From Tubiluchus corallicola (Eukaryota > Animalia > Priapulida): 64,000 nucleotides of DNA. The notes under the pieces are model-generated. The model saw only the letters and a list, made by a program, of their open reading frames with translations. It searched no databases and was not told the DNA's origin. Position 1 is the stretch's first letter; every line of letters starts with the position of its first letter. Shown piece by piece: positions 39,176 through 52,408 of this stretch. The stretch spans positions 1 to 64,000 of the forward strand of contig JAQGDQ010000203.1 in assembly GCA_030141605.1 (NCBI GenBank), written 5' to 3'. The position numbers and the translations under genes are program-made.

Positions 39176-42162
39176 CTGCAACATCTCTGGGCTGGATCAT
39201 AACTACAGTGCGCACCAATGCTCTAGGCTTCACAGGCCGCAACGTCTCTGGGCTGGATCATAACTACAGTGCGCACCAATGCTTCAGACTTCACAGACCG
39301 CAACGTCTCTGGGCTGGATTATAACTACAGTGCGCACCAATGCTTCAGACTTCACAGACCGCAACGTCTCTGGGCTGGATTATAACTACAGTGCGCACCA
39401 ATGCTCTAGGCTTCACAGACCGCAAGGTCTCTGGGCTGGATCATAACTACAGTGCGCACCAATGCTTCAGACTTCACAGACCGCAACGTCTCTGGGCTGG
39501 ATTATAACTACAGTGTGCACCAATGCTCTAGGCTTCACAGACCGCAAGGTCTCTGGGCTGGATCATAACTACAGTGCGCACCAATGCTTCAGACTTCACA
39601 GACCGCAACGTCTCTGGGCTGGATTATAACTACAGTGCGCACCAATGCTCTAGGCTTCACAGATCGCAAGGTCTCTGGGCTGGATCATAACTACAGTGCG
39701 CACCAATGCTTCAGACTTCACAGACCGCAACGTCTCTGGGCTGGATTATAACTACAGTGTGCACCAATGCTCTAGGCTTCACAGACCGCAACGTCTCTGG
39801 GCTGGATTATAACTACAGTGTGTGCCAATGCTCTAGGCTTCACAGACCGCAACGTCTCTGGGCTGGATTATAACTACAGTGCGCACCAATGCTCTAGGCT
39901 TCACCGACCGCAACGTCTCTGGGCTGGATTATAACTACAGTGTGCACCAATGCTCTAGGCTTCACAGACCGCAACGTCTCTGGGCTGGATTATAACTACA
40001 GTGCGCACCAATGCTCTAGGCTTCACCGACCGCAACGTCTCTGGGCTGGATTATAACTACAGTGCGCACCAATGCTCTAGGCTTCACAGACCGCAACGTC
40101 TCTGGGCTGGATCATAACTACAGTGTGTGCCAATGCTCTAGGCTTCACAGGCCACAACGTCTCTGGGCTGGATTATAACTACAGTGTGCACCAATGCTCT
40201 AGGCTTCACAGACCGCAACGTCTCTGGGCTGGATTATAACTACAGTGTGCGCCAATGCTCTAGGCTTCACAGGCTGCAACGTCTCTGGGCTGGATTATAA
40301 CTACAGTGTGCACCAATGCTCTAGGCTCACAGACCGCAACGTCTCTGGGCTGGATCATAACTACAGTGTGCGCCAATGCTCTAGGCTTCACAGGCCGCAA
40401 CGTCTCTGGGCTGGATCATAACTACAGTGTGCGCCAATGCTCTAGGCTTCACAGGCCGCAACGTCTCTGGGCTGGATTATAACTACAGTGTGCACCAATG
40501 CTCTAGGCCTCACAGACCGCAACATCTCTTGGCTGGATCATAACTACAGTGTGCACCAATGCTCTAGGCCTCACAGACCGCAACATCTCTTGGCTGGATC
40601 ATAACTACAGTGTGCGCCAATGCTCTAGGCTTCACAGGCCGCAACGTCTCTGGGCTGGATTATAACTACAGTGCGCACCAATGCTCTAGGCTTCACAGAC
40701 CGCAACGTCTCTGGGCTGGATCATAACTACAGTGTGCGCCAATGCTCTAGGCTTCACAGGCCGCAACGTCTCTGGGCTGGATTATAACTACAGTGTGCAC
40801 CAATGCTCTAGGCTTCACAGGCCGCAACGTCTCTGGGCTGGATCATAACTACAGTGTGCGCCAATGCTCTAGGCTTCACAGGCCGCAACGTCTCTGGGCT
40901 GGATCATAACTACAGTGTGCACCAATGCTCTAGGCTTCACAGGCCGCAACGTCTCTGGGCTGGATCATAACTACAGTGTGCGCCAATGCTCTAGGCTTCA
41001 CAGACCGCAACGTCTCTGGGCTGGATCATAACTACAGTGTGCGCCAATGCTCTAGGCTTCACAGACTGCAACGTCTCTGGGCTGGATTATAACTACAGTG
41101 TGCACCAATGCTCTAGGCTTCACAGACCGCAACATCTCTTGGCTGGATCATAACTACAGTGTGCACCAATGCTCTAGGCTTCACAGACCGCAACGTCTCT
41201 GGGCTGGATCATAACTACAGTGTGCACCAATGCTCTAGGCTTCACAGACCGCAACGTCTCTGGGCTGGATTATAACTACAGTGTGCACCAATGCTCTAGG
41301 CTTCACAGACCGCAAAGTCTCTGGGCTGGATTATAACTACAGTGTGCACCAATGCTCTAGGCTTCACAGGCCGCAACGTCTCTGGGCTGGATCATAACTA
41401 CAGTGTGCGCCAATGCTCTAGGCTTCACAGACCGCAACGTCTCTGGGCTGGATCATAACTACAGTGTGCGCCAATGCTCTAGGCTTCACAGACTGCAACG
41501 TCTCTGGGCTGGATTATAACTACAGTGTGCACCAATGCTCTAGGCTTCACAGACCGCAACATCTCTTGGCTGGATCATAACTACAGTGTGCACCAATGCT
41601 CTAGGCTTCACAGACCGCAACGTCTCTGGGCTGGATCATAACTACAGTGTGCACCAATGCTCTAGGCTTCACAGACCGCAACGTCTCTGGGCTGGATTAT
41701 AACTACAGTGTGCACCAATGCTCTAGGCTTCACAGACTGCAACGTCTCTGGGCTGGATTATAACTACAGTGTGCACCAATGCTCTAGGCTTCACAGACCG
41801 CAACGTCTCTGGGCTGGATTATAACTACAGTGTGCGCCAATGCTCTAGGCTTCACAGACCGCAACGTCTCTGGGCTGGATTATAACTACAGTGCGCACCA
41901 ATGCTCTAGGCTTCACAGACCGCAACGTCTCTGGGCTGGATCATAACTACAGTGTGCACCAATGCTCTAGGCTTCACAGACCGCAACATCTCTTGGCTGG
42001 ATTATAACTACAGTGCGCACCAATGCTCTAGGCTTCACAGACCGCAACGTCTCTGGGCTGGATTATAACTACAGTGTGCGCCAATGCTCTAGGCTTCACA
42101 GGCCGCAAGGTCTCTGGGCTGGATTATAACTACAGTGCGCACGAATGCTCTAGGCTTCACAG
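39176..42162. repeat. 61-bp minisatellite, about 49 copies, in HAL intron 1
   Basis: Unit CAACGTCTCTGGGCTGGATYATAACTACAGTGYGCACCAATGCTCTAGGCTTCACAGACCG; shifts 1 nt per 60-nt line. Confidence 0.97.
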
Positions 42163-42891
42163 ATACTCATATTATTGATATAGAAATTTCAGTTAAATAA
42201 GACTTTTTAAAATGCGACAATATCATAGAAAGTATTACTACTGTTATATGATAACTAAAATCTAAATTAATTTTAGGTATGGCATATTGTCACGGCGAAT
42301 GTGTGCATATGTATGCAGAATACAACATACTGTTCTTTTACCATGTTGTACCGTATGCTTATTTGCATTTTTTACAGTTATCGATAGGCCTCCAAAAAGC
42401 CTGCACCTTTCTATTTTACGTTTCGAAGTCACGGCACCCATCGAAACTTTATTACGGACAAAAAAATTTATTTGTGTTCTAAATGTATACAGCTAACAAC
42501 TTATTCCTGAAATAATGGCATATATATTCATGCATTGCTCCTCTCCTTTTCAGGCATGGATTAATTTAATGCTGTGAGGGGTCCTAGGTTAATGTCCAAT
42601 GTGCTGTGGGACTGCAATATAGGGTGCTTTGTGAGAGCTGCAGCAACTAGTTATTGCGGAATGTGTACTTAAAGCCCAGTATTAAAGTTTTAATTTGTAA
42701 TGGCGATTTGATACTTTTTGTTGTTAAAATGTTTTAAAAAATGTTTGTCGTTTATGTCGTGTGTACACTAAACTTTCACTCTGGTTTTCATTTAATTTTG
42801 TAATCTATGTCCGTCTTTTGGATAGTTTTATTAACTATATATGTCTTTCTTATTGTTGCCTGATAATTATCATAAAAACAATTCACTTCAG

Positions 42892-42985
42892 GTTAGTGAA
42901 ATTCGAAGAACACGCGGTGGTGCAATATTGGACCTTGATGATCAAATTAAAGATGTTCTAGACGATAATGACTTTATATCAGTTG
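42892..42985 (+). CDS. HAL: HAL coding exon 2
   Basis: VSEIRRTRGGAILDLDDQIKDVLDDNDFISV; CAG| ... |GTAAGC. Confidence 0.92.
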
Positions 42986-43594
42986 GTAAGCAAAGCATGC
43001 GTTTGTTGTTATTCACGTATTGCAATGTAGCAATAATAACAAAGCGACAAAAGTTGTTTTATGTTGTGTAAGAAAACCAATACCTGGCATTAATGAAAAG
43101 GGCCTTTCCCTCTATTTTTCTGCCACTAATTTCCACTTTTTAATTAAGATCTTCTGTTAGCAGAAAAATTCTTAATGATAAGAGCTAGACAAATAAACAA
43201 AAGTTTCTTACTATGAAAGAATAAGAAAATACAAAAAAACACGAATTGTGCAAACTTACAGGATCAGTGAACGGCTACACATTTTTAAAATGGCCTACTA
43301 GTTTACTATACAAAAGTTGATAAAGTATACAAAATTATCTTTGTGATTTATAACTCAAAAAAAATATTAAATGGAATTACGCAGTACAGAAAAGCAGAAT
43401 AAGATAAAAGATGAAAACAAGATGATAAAATTTATTTAAAGTCGACCATTTACGCAGACAACACGTGTATGAGCTGTGAGCTGTGAGCTGTGAGCTGTGA
43501 GCTGACAATCGATTAAAACACAAACCAGATCAAGTTTAACAAAAAAGTGTTTGTCGATTTTCCATTTTTCTTACATTCCTTTTTAATGTTGCAG

Positions 43595-43661
43595 TTTTAG
43601 AAAGAGATCGAGTAAATCCAGTAACTGGACCTGCTGAAATACCATATGTTCCGGAACAAGT
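43595..43661 (+). CDS. HAL: HAL coding exon 3
   Basis: (V)LERDRVNPVTGPAEIPYVPEQ(V); ends at U12-type donor GTATCCTTT. Confidence 0.85.
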
Positions 43662-44233
43662 GTATCCTTTACGTAATCAGGTTTATGAATCACAAGAATC
43701 TTCTTAATGAGCCTTTCATTCACTTTTATTAATTTATTAGCTCTTTTACCTTGCTTCTTTCGTTCTTTTATTCATTTTCTTTTTCCATAGTTAAGGGAAC
43801 TGAACTCTTTCTTCAGAAAACTAAAACATGTAATTGCCCACTTTCCAGCACGTCTTCTTACTAAAGCGAGTTTTCTCGACCTACCAGTTTTACTTTTATA
43901 GTTTATTAGGAGAGTCTATTTTATTTAAGCATAGAATAAACAGTTATCAATGGAATTTAGGGTCCTTGTCAAACCCGAATCCTTGTCAGGTCTTCCTGGT
44001 GACTCCTGGTGTGGCGTAGTTGTATGCAGTGTGGATAGGATGTTTGGCCTTAACGGGTTTGAAGTTATTTTATGTTGTTATAGGCAGCTTTCATTTTACT
44101 AACACTTTTATTAACTGTTTCGTAGTGATATCGCTCACACTAAATAAGAAGATCTGTACTGATATTAATAATTATATAACAAGTTTTTAGAAACTGCTAG
44201 TTAAGAAGAAATTTTCTTGACTAAATTTTACAG

Positions 44234-44261
44234 ACCAGGTTATTTTCGTAGCGCCGAAGAG
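44234..44261 (+). CDS. HAL: HAL coding exon 4 (28-nt micro-exon)
   Basis: PGYFRSAEE; restores the frame between exons 3 and 5; TACAG| ... |GTAGGT. Confidence 0.8.
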
Positions 44262-44393
44262 GTAGGTGGTTACAGTTACCTTCCAACTTCAAATTATACA
44301 GGTTATGCTAAAACGCCGTTGTAAACGCTTTTAAATGATCAACTGCAATATAAATAATTTTTTAACAAAATGAATAAAACGTAAAAAACAAGC

Positions 44394-44639
44394 ATGAGTT
44401 ATTTGGAAAATAGGGCTGAAGTTCTTAAATTCAACTTAGATTACGCACCTAGATTATATCACCGCCATGTGGACGATACACTTTTATCATTTTGAGCTTG
44501 TTACAGTCTCAAATTTCTAGCACATTTGAATGACTCGTCTTGTTTAAGGCTTACATCAGAATCCAATCACGACAATCTTTTTTGTTTCATTGGTAATGCT
44601 ATTGTCAACTCTAGCTCAGCCAGGGTAGAATTTTCTGTC
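44394..44639 (+). mobile_element. Penelope-like element reverse transcriptase remnant
   Basis: MSYLE...APRLYHRHVDDTLLSF*...KFLAHLN...LRLTSESNHDNLFCFIG...EFSV follows the PLE RT pattern (YxRYVDD / FLxHLN / FTxE / LxFLD); one in-frame stop. Confidence 0.6.
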
Positions 44640-44835
44640 AGTCAAAGTTACTAAGACGCACGAGTTACTAAGAGACACTTGAAAAACAAACTGTATGCAA
44701 TCATCACCCTAATTATTGTCCTGTGAGTGAAAGTACGAGGCCGTCAGTCATTTCATCAGAAGATGCTGAGACTAATGTGTTCGGTTGCCTCATATCAATG
44801 ATTTTGAACAAAACGTGTAAAACATATCTTTAGAG

Positions 44836-44917
44836 CAGGGGTGAGCCAACAGCGGCCCGCGGGAATTGCAGGAAAGTTTAATATGGTCCGGTTAGACAGA
44901 CAAGTTGCACATCCCTG
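44836..44917. mobile_element. 82-bp hAT-Charlie-like MITE
   Basis: CAGGGGTGAGCCAAC ... GTTGCACATCCCTG with an 8-bp TSD, CTTTAGAG / CTTTAAAG. Confidence 0.7.
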
Positions 44918-45234
44918 CTTTAAAGACTTTAGTCTAAAACGTGTATTTATTAGTGTCAAAAACTTATATCCTGAATTATAATTAGTAATGTATGTAAATT
45001 ACTTCTTATTCTACAATTTTCTGCGTTTCGTTGCATTATGTTTGCCACAAACAGAGGGCAGCAGTATGCAGTTACCAGCTATCTCCTTAGCAATTTTAAA
45101 ATGCAAGCTTGTTAATTATGATCTGAAATTTAAATGTCTAATATGCTTTATTAAACCTAGTCTTTCAAATATTGGCGTTTAAATGCATATTTTAAAACCA
45201 ACCAAATTCAGATAAAATGGCATTTATGTAGCAT

Positions 45235-45416
45235 GGGGATGCAAATGCGTGTTGGGGGCCGCGGGTCGGAATAGATAAAATCGGTTTATATTGTTTTCAC
45301 TGCACTCGCTTTCTCAGTCTGCGCATGCGCATTCATTCTCAACCAGCTATTCCTATTGATTTTTTTCCGCATGCATTTCAGCAATGGGAACACGCATCCG
45401 CATCCCCATTCCGCAT
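45235..45416. mobile_element. MITE-like repeat of about 180 bp, copy 2
   Basis: Aligns by eye to 38060-38237 (GGGTCGGAATAGAT-AAATCGGTTTATATTGTTTTCACTGCA...TGCGCATGCGC). Confidence 0.75.
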
Positions 45417-46227
45417 AAATCATATCACACATCAAATGACATCTTTTTAAGAACAATCATAAGCTGTACTATGACTGAAAAACGTGTCACACAAATTCTC
45501 TAAGTCTGAAATTTAAAGAAAATGGGATGAAGTAAAACAAACATTTTGAAATATAGCTTGACTGTGTCTGCTGGAAACACTGATAACGAAATACAAAGCT
45601 CGGTTTATTCCCAATTAAGTCCATTATTCAAACTTGTCGCTGGGCAAACGCGAGGTCTCGCGAGCCTGATCAAATGACTGTGTCCTGTTGACGGGCAATG
45701 TGCCTTTTTTGCCTAACCCGTCTTCCAGAAGCAGACGCAAAATCCAGAATATTTTTGGTAACAAAATTATTTACTATAAACCGCTTTCAAGAAAACAATG
45801 TTTTCCCTTTCACTATTTTATGTCATAGACCATTGTGAACCATGGTGTAAAACTGAGATAATGTTTTCGTAATATAGAAGAAAATTATATAACTTATCAA
45901 CATTAAATCTGGAACTGAATCAACAAGAAAGTGAATTACAGGCTTTCTACCAATTTTTGTTTTCAAGGAACGAGAACCATTTACATTTTTCTATTTGTGT
46001 GAAACCAACACCTATAGTTCCATCATACTTGCTTGTTGAAGAAGTCTAAAAAAGCTTGGTTTAATTTTCTTATATTCGTAAATACATTTTGCAAGATAAG
46101 TGATGACAGTCACGACAAAAATGTAAAGAACTGGTGAACAAAATAGAAATTTGAGCACAAACCATGGTTTTTAATTCAAAATATTTATTTAAAAAATTAC
46201 AATTTCTTGTACTTTTGTTTTTGACAG

Positions 46228-46302
46228 TTTCTTGTACTAGACGGCAATTCTTTGTCTTCAGACGAATTAGTGAAACTAGGAAAGGGAGTCTATAAAATCA
46301 AG
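46228..46302 (+). CDS. HAL: HAL coding exon 5
   Basis: FLVLDGNSLSSDELVKLGKGVYKIK. Confidence 0.93.
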
Positions 46303-48904
46303 GTAAAGATATGCAGGACATTTTAACAAATTGCTAGAGACGCTGGTTCTCAAGTCATTTTATACAAAAGTGAAGATGTCGTATTTAAACATTATAGACG
46401 CCACATTTACTCTCAAATTTTATAACATTATTCGACTCTTGAGAATTTAAGCAGTGTGTGTATGTGTTGGGCACTGCTCCAGTAAAATTAATAAACTTCC
46501 CCAAATGCCATGAAAATGTTGCCAGACAAAATGCTAGAAATTCTGACAGCTTTTATATTAAATTAGTTTTGTGCAACCAGCTGCACGTAGGTGCAACTGT
46601 GTAAGAAGCAGCACCTAAAACAGCAAAAAATTGTCAATGAATTTTCTGGTATTTTGTGCAAACGAAATGATAAAAATTTGTAAATGGATAGAAAGTGACA
46701 CCAATTCCACCTTCTAATCCCATTCGTCACTGAGAGACGATAAGTTACGATTTTACGTATAAAAAAATTAGCATTTTATTTTCTGACAACGGTTTAGTGG
46801 GAGTTCATCCGTTTGACTTCGAGCTGTAATTTCTGTTTAAATGTCCCATGACACCATTTTTTATGTTATTTTTACAGCATAGGCGGAATTACATATTTCC
46901 TAATTTTTAAAACAGTTTTGATGCATGCTTTTATATGATATGGCAACTTAAATTAAGCGCCGTTGGCACTGTCACAAATATTATCGCCCGCCATGACACT
47001 CAGTACTGTGACGTCACGTTAGGAAGCGGCAATTAACAGCAGCAGTACAGTAGGCAACCAGTGGCCTCAGCAAGCAGAGCACTGTGAACATTGAATAGAA
47101 CGGTTATTGCTGAGGAATGATTTATCTATTAATAAAAAACGTTTTTTACTATAGTATTTATCTATTTATAGCAAATAAACTTATAAGAATGAATTTTTAT
47201 TTTACAAACCTGCAAGGAGCAGGAAATTAATAGTAACAAACACAGTATACAGAGCACTGTAATGTTACTGTACCATTATTAGGCTGCATGAACAATAGCT
47301 GTGCCGAGTACTCCCGCGAATTAGATCAAGCTTCAATTAAGTTGCCAACCAATACTTTGGGTTAGATGCAAAGTAAGTAAGTAAGTAAGTAAAGTATTAA
47401 TTCAACGTTGTAACCAAATTTCATAAAAGCTATATTTAGTCTAGGTTAGCAGCAAGACAATTCAACCCTACCAATTTAACGGAAACTCCCGATTTTAAAG
47501 ACAACCTTCCTTTCTTCACATTTTGAAATATTTCTCCTGATTTTTTTACTTCAACGTGAAAATGGCACAAAAAGCGACCGCAGTGAAGATAGAACATCCA
47601 TTCCTTTTGGCACAAATAGAATCGCCCATCTATCCTGCTAGGCATAGCGAAAAGTAAAGTTTGGGCAGTTACACGTAGAATAAAAGTGCTCGATTGCATT
47701 TCGATCAGCAGTCAAACTGTAAACTATGAGAATACTTTTTACTTAAACATTTAAGAATTTGAAGATTTGCATATTTGTAAATTAAGTTTGGCCACATTTA
47801 CACCGTTCCTGAAAGATTTACATTATCGAGCAGAAAGGAAAATTTTAAAATTAATGACCTTAATAAAATTCCATGTGGTGAATGAGCTGAATATTTAACT
47901 GATTTTGTGGACAGGCGTTACGACTGAGTGTTAGCTAAAGATTTACATAAGAGAAAGTTGAATGTTAAGCTGCAAGCAAGAAGTTTTCCTAGGGCAAAGT
48001 AGATATCCTTCTTTTTATTCTGTACATACTAAAGATATTACCGGAAAACAATTGCGGCTTTACGGCTCAAACTCATTATCAATTTACAAACTTATCGATA
48101 TTTATTCGCCCATCTGTTAAATATCAAAGATATCAGTTTCAAATTTGGTTAATAACAGCAAGACAGCAATGGGTCCAAACTTGGCATTTATTAAAATTTT
48201 AGGTGCAAAGAAAAAATTGAACCAATATCATCAAGGTTATTGCAACTACAACATAGAGACTATTTAATGACTGCAATGCAAGGTGTAGTGCAGTTAGAAA
48301 CCAACTACAGACTTCATGCTGCTTGCTTGAATGTCATATCTTTATGCTAACTTGTAAAACCACAGTCGTTTCCTGGCAACAACATTATGAAAAAGCTGAT
48401 TGACTTAATGAAAATGAGAAAAAATCCCCAACGACAAAGAAAGGTTGGAATGATTGCGTCCGATAATCCTACTCCTTTATCTTCCAACTTTCATCATTCA
48501 ACAAGGTCGTAAATGTGTCAGCAGACACGCTAAACTTTCTGGCATTGAATCAAGAACTGAACCAATGGCTGCCATTCTTTCGGTTGGCAAACATTATTTG
48601 TGTGTCATACATTCACTAATGGGTTACGCTAATGAAATGATATTAAAAATTGTAGCGTAGGTAATCTTTAATAATTGCTTCGTTTGTCAGTGGAACGTTC
48701 CGTTGACTTAACGTTAAATTTCAAGATCAAAGCCGCTGTCTCTAAATCCTGTTGGTATAAGCGCAAGCACAAGGTTGCCTATTCACCTACCTATAATTTT
48801 TAATGTCTTTTAACATAATGGACAGGTCTGCCACCCACCTTTGATTAGCATTTTTATATTACCTGTACTTTACGATTTTGCTGTATCATAATAAAGTATT
48901 GTAG

Positions 48905-48977
48905 GTGAGCAATGAATCTGTTGAAAAAGTGGCAAAAGCTAGAAAGATATTAGAAGCCATACTAATGGATAACAAAG
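48905..48977 (+). CDS. HAL: HAL coding exon 6
   Basis: VSNESVEKVAKARKILEAILMDNK|GTGAGT. Confidence 0.9.
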
Positions 48978-49469
48978 GTGAGTTAATTGTGTGTAATTTT
49001 TATCTTTTGGTTTCCACTTATTCGTAGTTTAGTTCACTGTGATTATGAAGCTAAAAGTAAAAAGTAAATTCTATTACATTTATTTGAAATTGTATAAAAT
49101 ACGTAAGGCTCAAACTTTCAGCATAAAGTGGAACAGGGAGAAACACGTAACAGTACCACGTGACAATACCACGTGACGCTACCACGTGACAATATCACTA
49201 GAGTTTGTTTTTTCACAGCTTAAGTCTAAAGTATGGCAATAAAGGCTATTTAATGCTTATCAGAAAATCTGCTATTAGAAACTTTCCTCAGAAGTTATGC
49301 ACAATATAAGCCCCCGTCTAAAATAGATCTTAGTTGTCTCTTCTAAATTAACACTGATTTTGTTTTTGAGGGCTTTTAATTGACCCAAAATATAATATTA
49401 TATAGATATAAATGTGTAAGATTAAACTCATTACACTTCACACTTGATAACTATGCCTGAGTAACTTTT

Positions 49470-49470
<1 letters not shown>

Positions 49471-49560
<90 letters not shown>

Positions 49561-51720
49561 TTGTTTATTCTCCAGATTTCATAATAACCAGTTTAAATTT
49601 TACACAACAATTTTTGCATTTACAGCAATACATTCGGAGCATTTTTTACAATTTCGTGACATATACCGCGTGAAATCTGCACACTATAATTTTTACAAAT
49701 TATGACTGTAATTACAGGCAACTAATGAACTATTACCTATGTTATAAACCGTAAAGCTCGTTTATGTTTATGTAAAAGTGCACCCGAGTACAAAGCAAAC
49801 ATTCCATGAATTTGTATATGCCATCAAAATTACCGATTAAATCTCGAAAATTACAATTCTCAACATTACATAATTTACGTGCCCATTCCGTTCTTTTGCA
49901 ATTCAAAATGAATGTCTTTCATCCTCGATTAGTAACACAAGTTTACAAAACTCACATAATCTTCTCAAGATTTATGTTGCCAACGACCTTTTTCGATCGC
50001 TAAATCGTGAGATATCAATCGCAAACGTACGTTTTTATAAGCATCAGTAAACAATTTTTTCTCATCGTAGCACCCTGGCACTAAATCTGGGTTAATATTT
50101 ACGTAGTACACGTATTTTATCTTTCCTTGAGAAGCCCGTAAACGTGTACAATTCTTTAAATCTTCTTTTCCCATTCGATTTCTGTTAGCTGCAGTCCAGC
50201 ACTTATCAACAAGAGATTTGTAATAGGTTACATATCTACAGTTGTTCTGAGATAAGCCATCTAAAATGAACCCTTTTAGCCTATCTTCACTATTTCGTTT
50301 CATGATGCTATTCCAAAAATTAATTTGTCTTTGTTCAATTAAGGACTCTAATGAGGGTATACAACAATCAAACAGTACTAGATCGCAAGTGCCGACCATC
50401 TGACCCCAACCATACTTTTTACCATTTTCATATACTCTGTTTTTAGCAGATTACAGCGATCTCTCCCCCATGTTTCACAGCTATACAATAATGTGGTGGT
50501 TACACAAGCAAGTAAGACATTTTTCTCATGCATTGTGGTATATAAGGATTTTCACGTAAAAAGTTGTAAAACTTAGCGCAATTACACCACTTTGATTTAA
50601 ATTGTTCCAGAATATCTTTTTTTAAAGATATCGGATATTCTTGATCTGAGATAAGTAACGGAATGTTTCTGCTTTATAGTACCGGTGCGTAGCACTAATG
50701 AATTATAGTCAGTCTCATCAGTAGGGTTAAAACACAAAAAGTGACACTTAGTAGGTTGCAACAATATTTTGTTTACATCGCAACAATTTTCAACAAATTG
50801 TAACTTTTGTATTAACTTTGCCCTTGATGTCGCAACAACACTGGTATCATCAGCATGAATTTAGATATGAATCATATGAATAATATACTCAGGATCAAAC
50901 GTATTACGAAATAAAACAATCAGGTCATTTATGTATGCGATAAACAACATTGGGGAGCTTGGGGAGCCCTGTCGAATTCCAACATTTGACTCAAATAGGT
51001 CTGATGCTGTATTATCAAAAAAGACGATATTTTCCGTATACATAGCAATTAATGCACTTAAGAACTAACACCAACTCTAAGTTTAGCAAGTTTCATAAGC
51101 AAAATCCGCCTTGCAACCTGATCGAATGCTGCGCTAAAATCAAGGAAAGCAACGAATAAAGTGATTTTAGCTCGTTTAGCCAGTGCAATTAAGATTCTTA
51201 AAGTTAATACATGTTCCGCACAGCTGCGACCGGGTAGAAAAGCAGATTGCTCACAACAAGGCTTAAACCACAATTTGAATCTTTCACACAGAATAATATC
51301 ATACAATTTAGCTAGAACTCTCATTAATAAAATTCCGCGGTAATTACCGGCATCATTTGCATCACGTTTTTAAACAATACCTTTATAACAGCTCCACACT
51401 AAGCTACAGGGTAAGCAGCATACAAGAGGTATGTTTAGTAAAAGCAATTAATACGGGCATCATCATTTGCAAGACGTTAGGCCTATTTATCAGTCTTGCA
51501 CACCAACCATCACTAGAGCTTTTGTTTAATTTAACAACTTAGCAGCCTCAAGTACCTTATTCTGTGAAATTTCATCATCTGAAACTCGGATATATTTATA
51601 TAGATCTGATCGTATATCACTAAAAATCGAGTTTGTGATAGGGAGAGTGGATTTACTTTGAAATGACTGTGCTAAGACATCTGTCTCAACAGTAATATCT
51701 TTTTTACAAATCGTAAAGCG
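49471..51720 (-). mobile_element. Decayed, 5'-truncated LINE (RT pseudogene) with AATAAA and an (ACT)n tail, antisense in HAL intron 6
   Basis: Broken frames: QSAFLPGRSCAEH, FVAFLDFSAAFDQV, GIRQGSPSSPMLFIAYINDL, HADDT, RLISHDLAIEKGRW. The (AGT)n run 49471-49560 directly follows the polyA signal on the minus strand. Confidence 0.9.
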
Positions 51721-51820
51721 ATTGTATTCTATTAATATATTAATATAGTATTACAATTAGTCAGCGGACCCTCAACCAGTGGCTTCTCCCTTTACCGGTT
51801 GAAGCTCCCATAACGTGAAG

Positions 51821-52196
51821 GTACAACGCACAGCTGCACAGTACTAACACTGTTGTACAACGCACAGCTGCACAGTACTAACACTGATGTACAACGCACA
51901 GCTGCACAGTACTAACACTGATGTACAACGCACAGCTGCACAGTACTAACACTGATGTACAACGCACAGCTGCACAGTACTAACACTGAGGTACAACGCA
52001 CAGCTGCACAGTACTAACACTGATGTACAACGCACAGCTGCACAGTACTAACACTGATGTACAACGCACAGCTGCACAGTACTAACACTGATGTACAACG
52101 CACAGCTGCACAGTACTAACACTGATGTACAACGCACAGCTGCATAGTACTAACACTGATGTACAACGCACAGCTGCACAGTACTAACACTGATGT
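51821..52196. repeat. 34-bp minisatellite, about 11 copies, each carrying TACTAAC and abutting the HAL exon-7 acceptor
   Basis: Unit GTACAACGCACAGCTGCACAGTACTAACACTGAT; the last TACTAAC is at 52182-52188 and the acceptor AG at 52210-52211. Confidence 0.95.
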
Positions 52197-52211
52197 ATGT
52201 TTTGTTTACAG

Positions 52212-52278
52212 TTGTGTACGGCATTACCACTGGCTTTGGCAAATTTGCTCGCGTCCAAATATCAAAAGAAAATTTAAT
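52212..52278 (+). CDS. HAL: HAL coding exon 7
   Basis: (V)VYGITTGFGKFARVQISKENL|GTAAGT. Confidence 0.95.
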
Positions 52279-52408
52279 GTAAGTGAATCAGATGTTGGAA
52301 AAGATGTAAAATGTGTAAGGTGGGAACAACGTTTTTGCATTTAACGAGACTGTCATAAGTTTCGTTATTATAAGACTTTTCTAAAACACTATTGCAAAGC
52401 AAAGAGTG

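Noticed and set aside
39176-42162. Tandem hammerhead or retrozyme satellite
   Set aside because: No CUGANGA plus GAAA core on either strand of the unit.
47009-47016. CRE palindrome TGACGTCA (also at 24674) as a cAMP control site
   Set aside because: An isolated 8-mer is expected by chance in 64 kb and has no supporting context.
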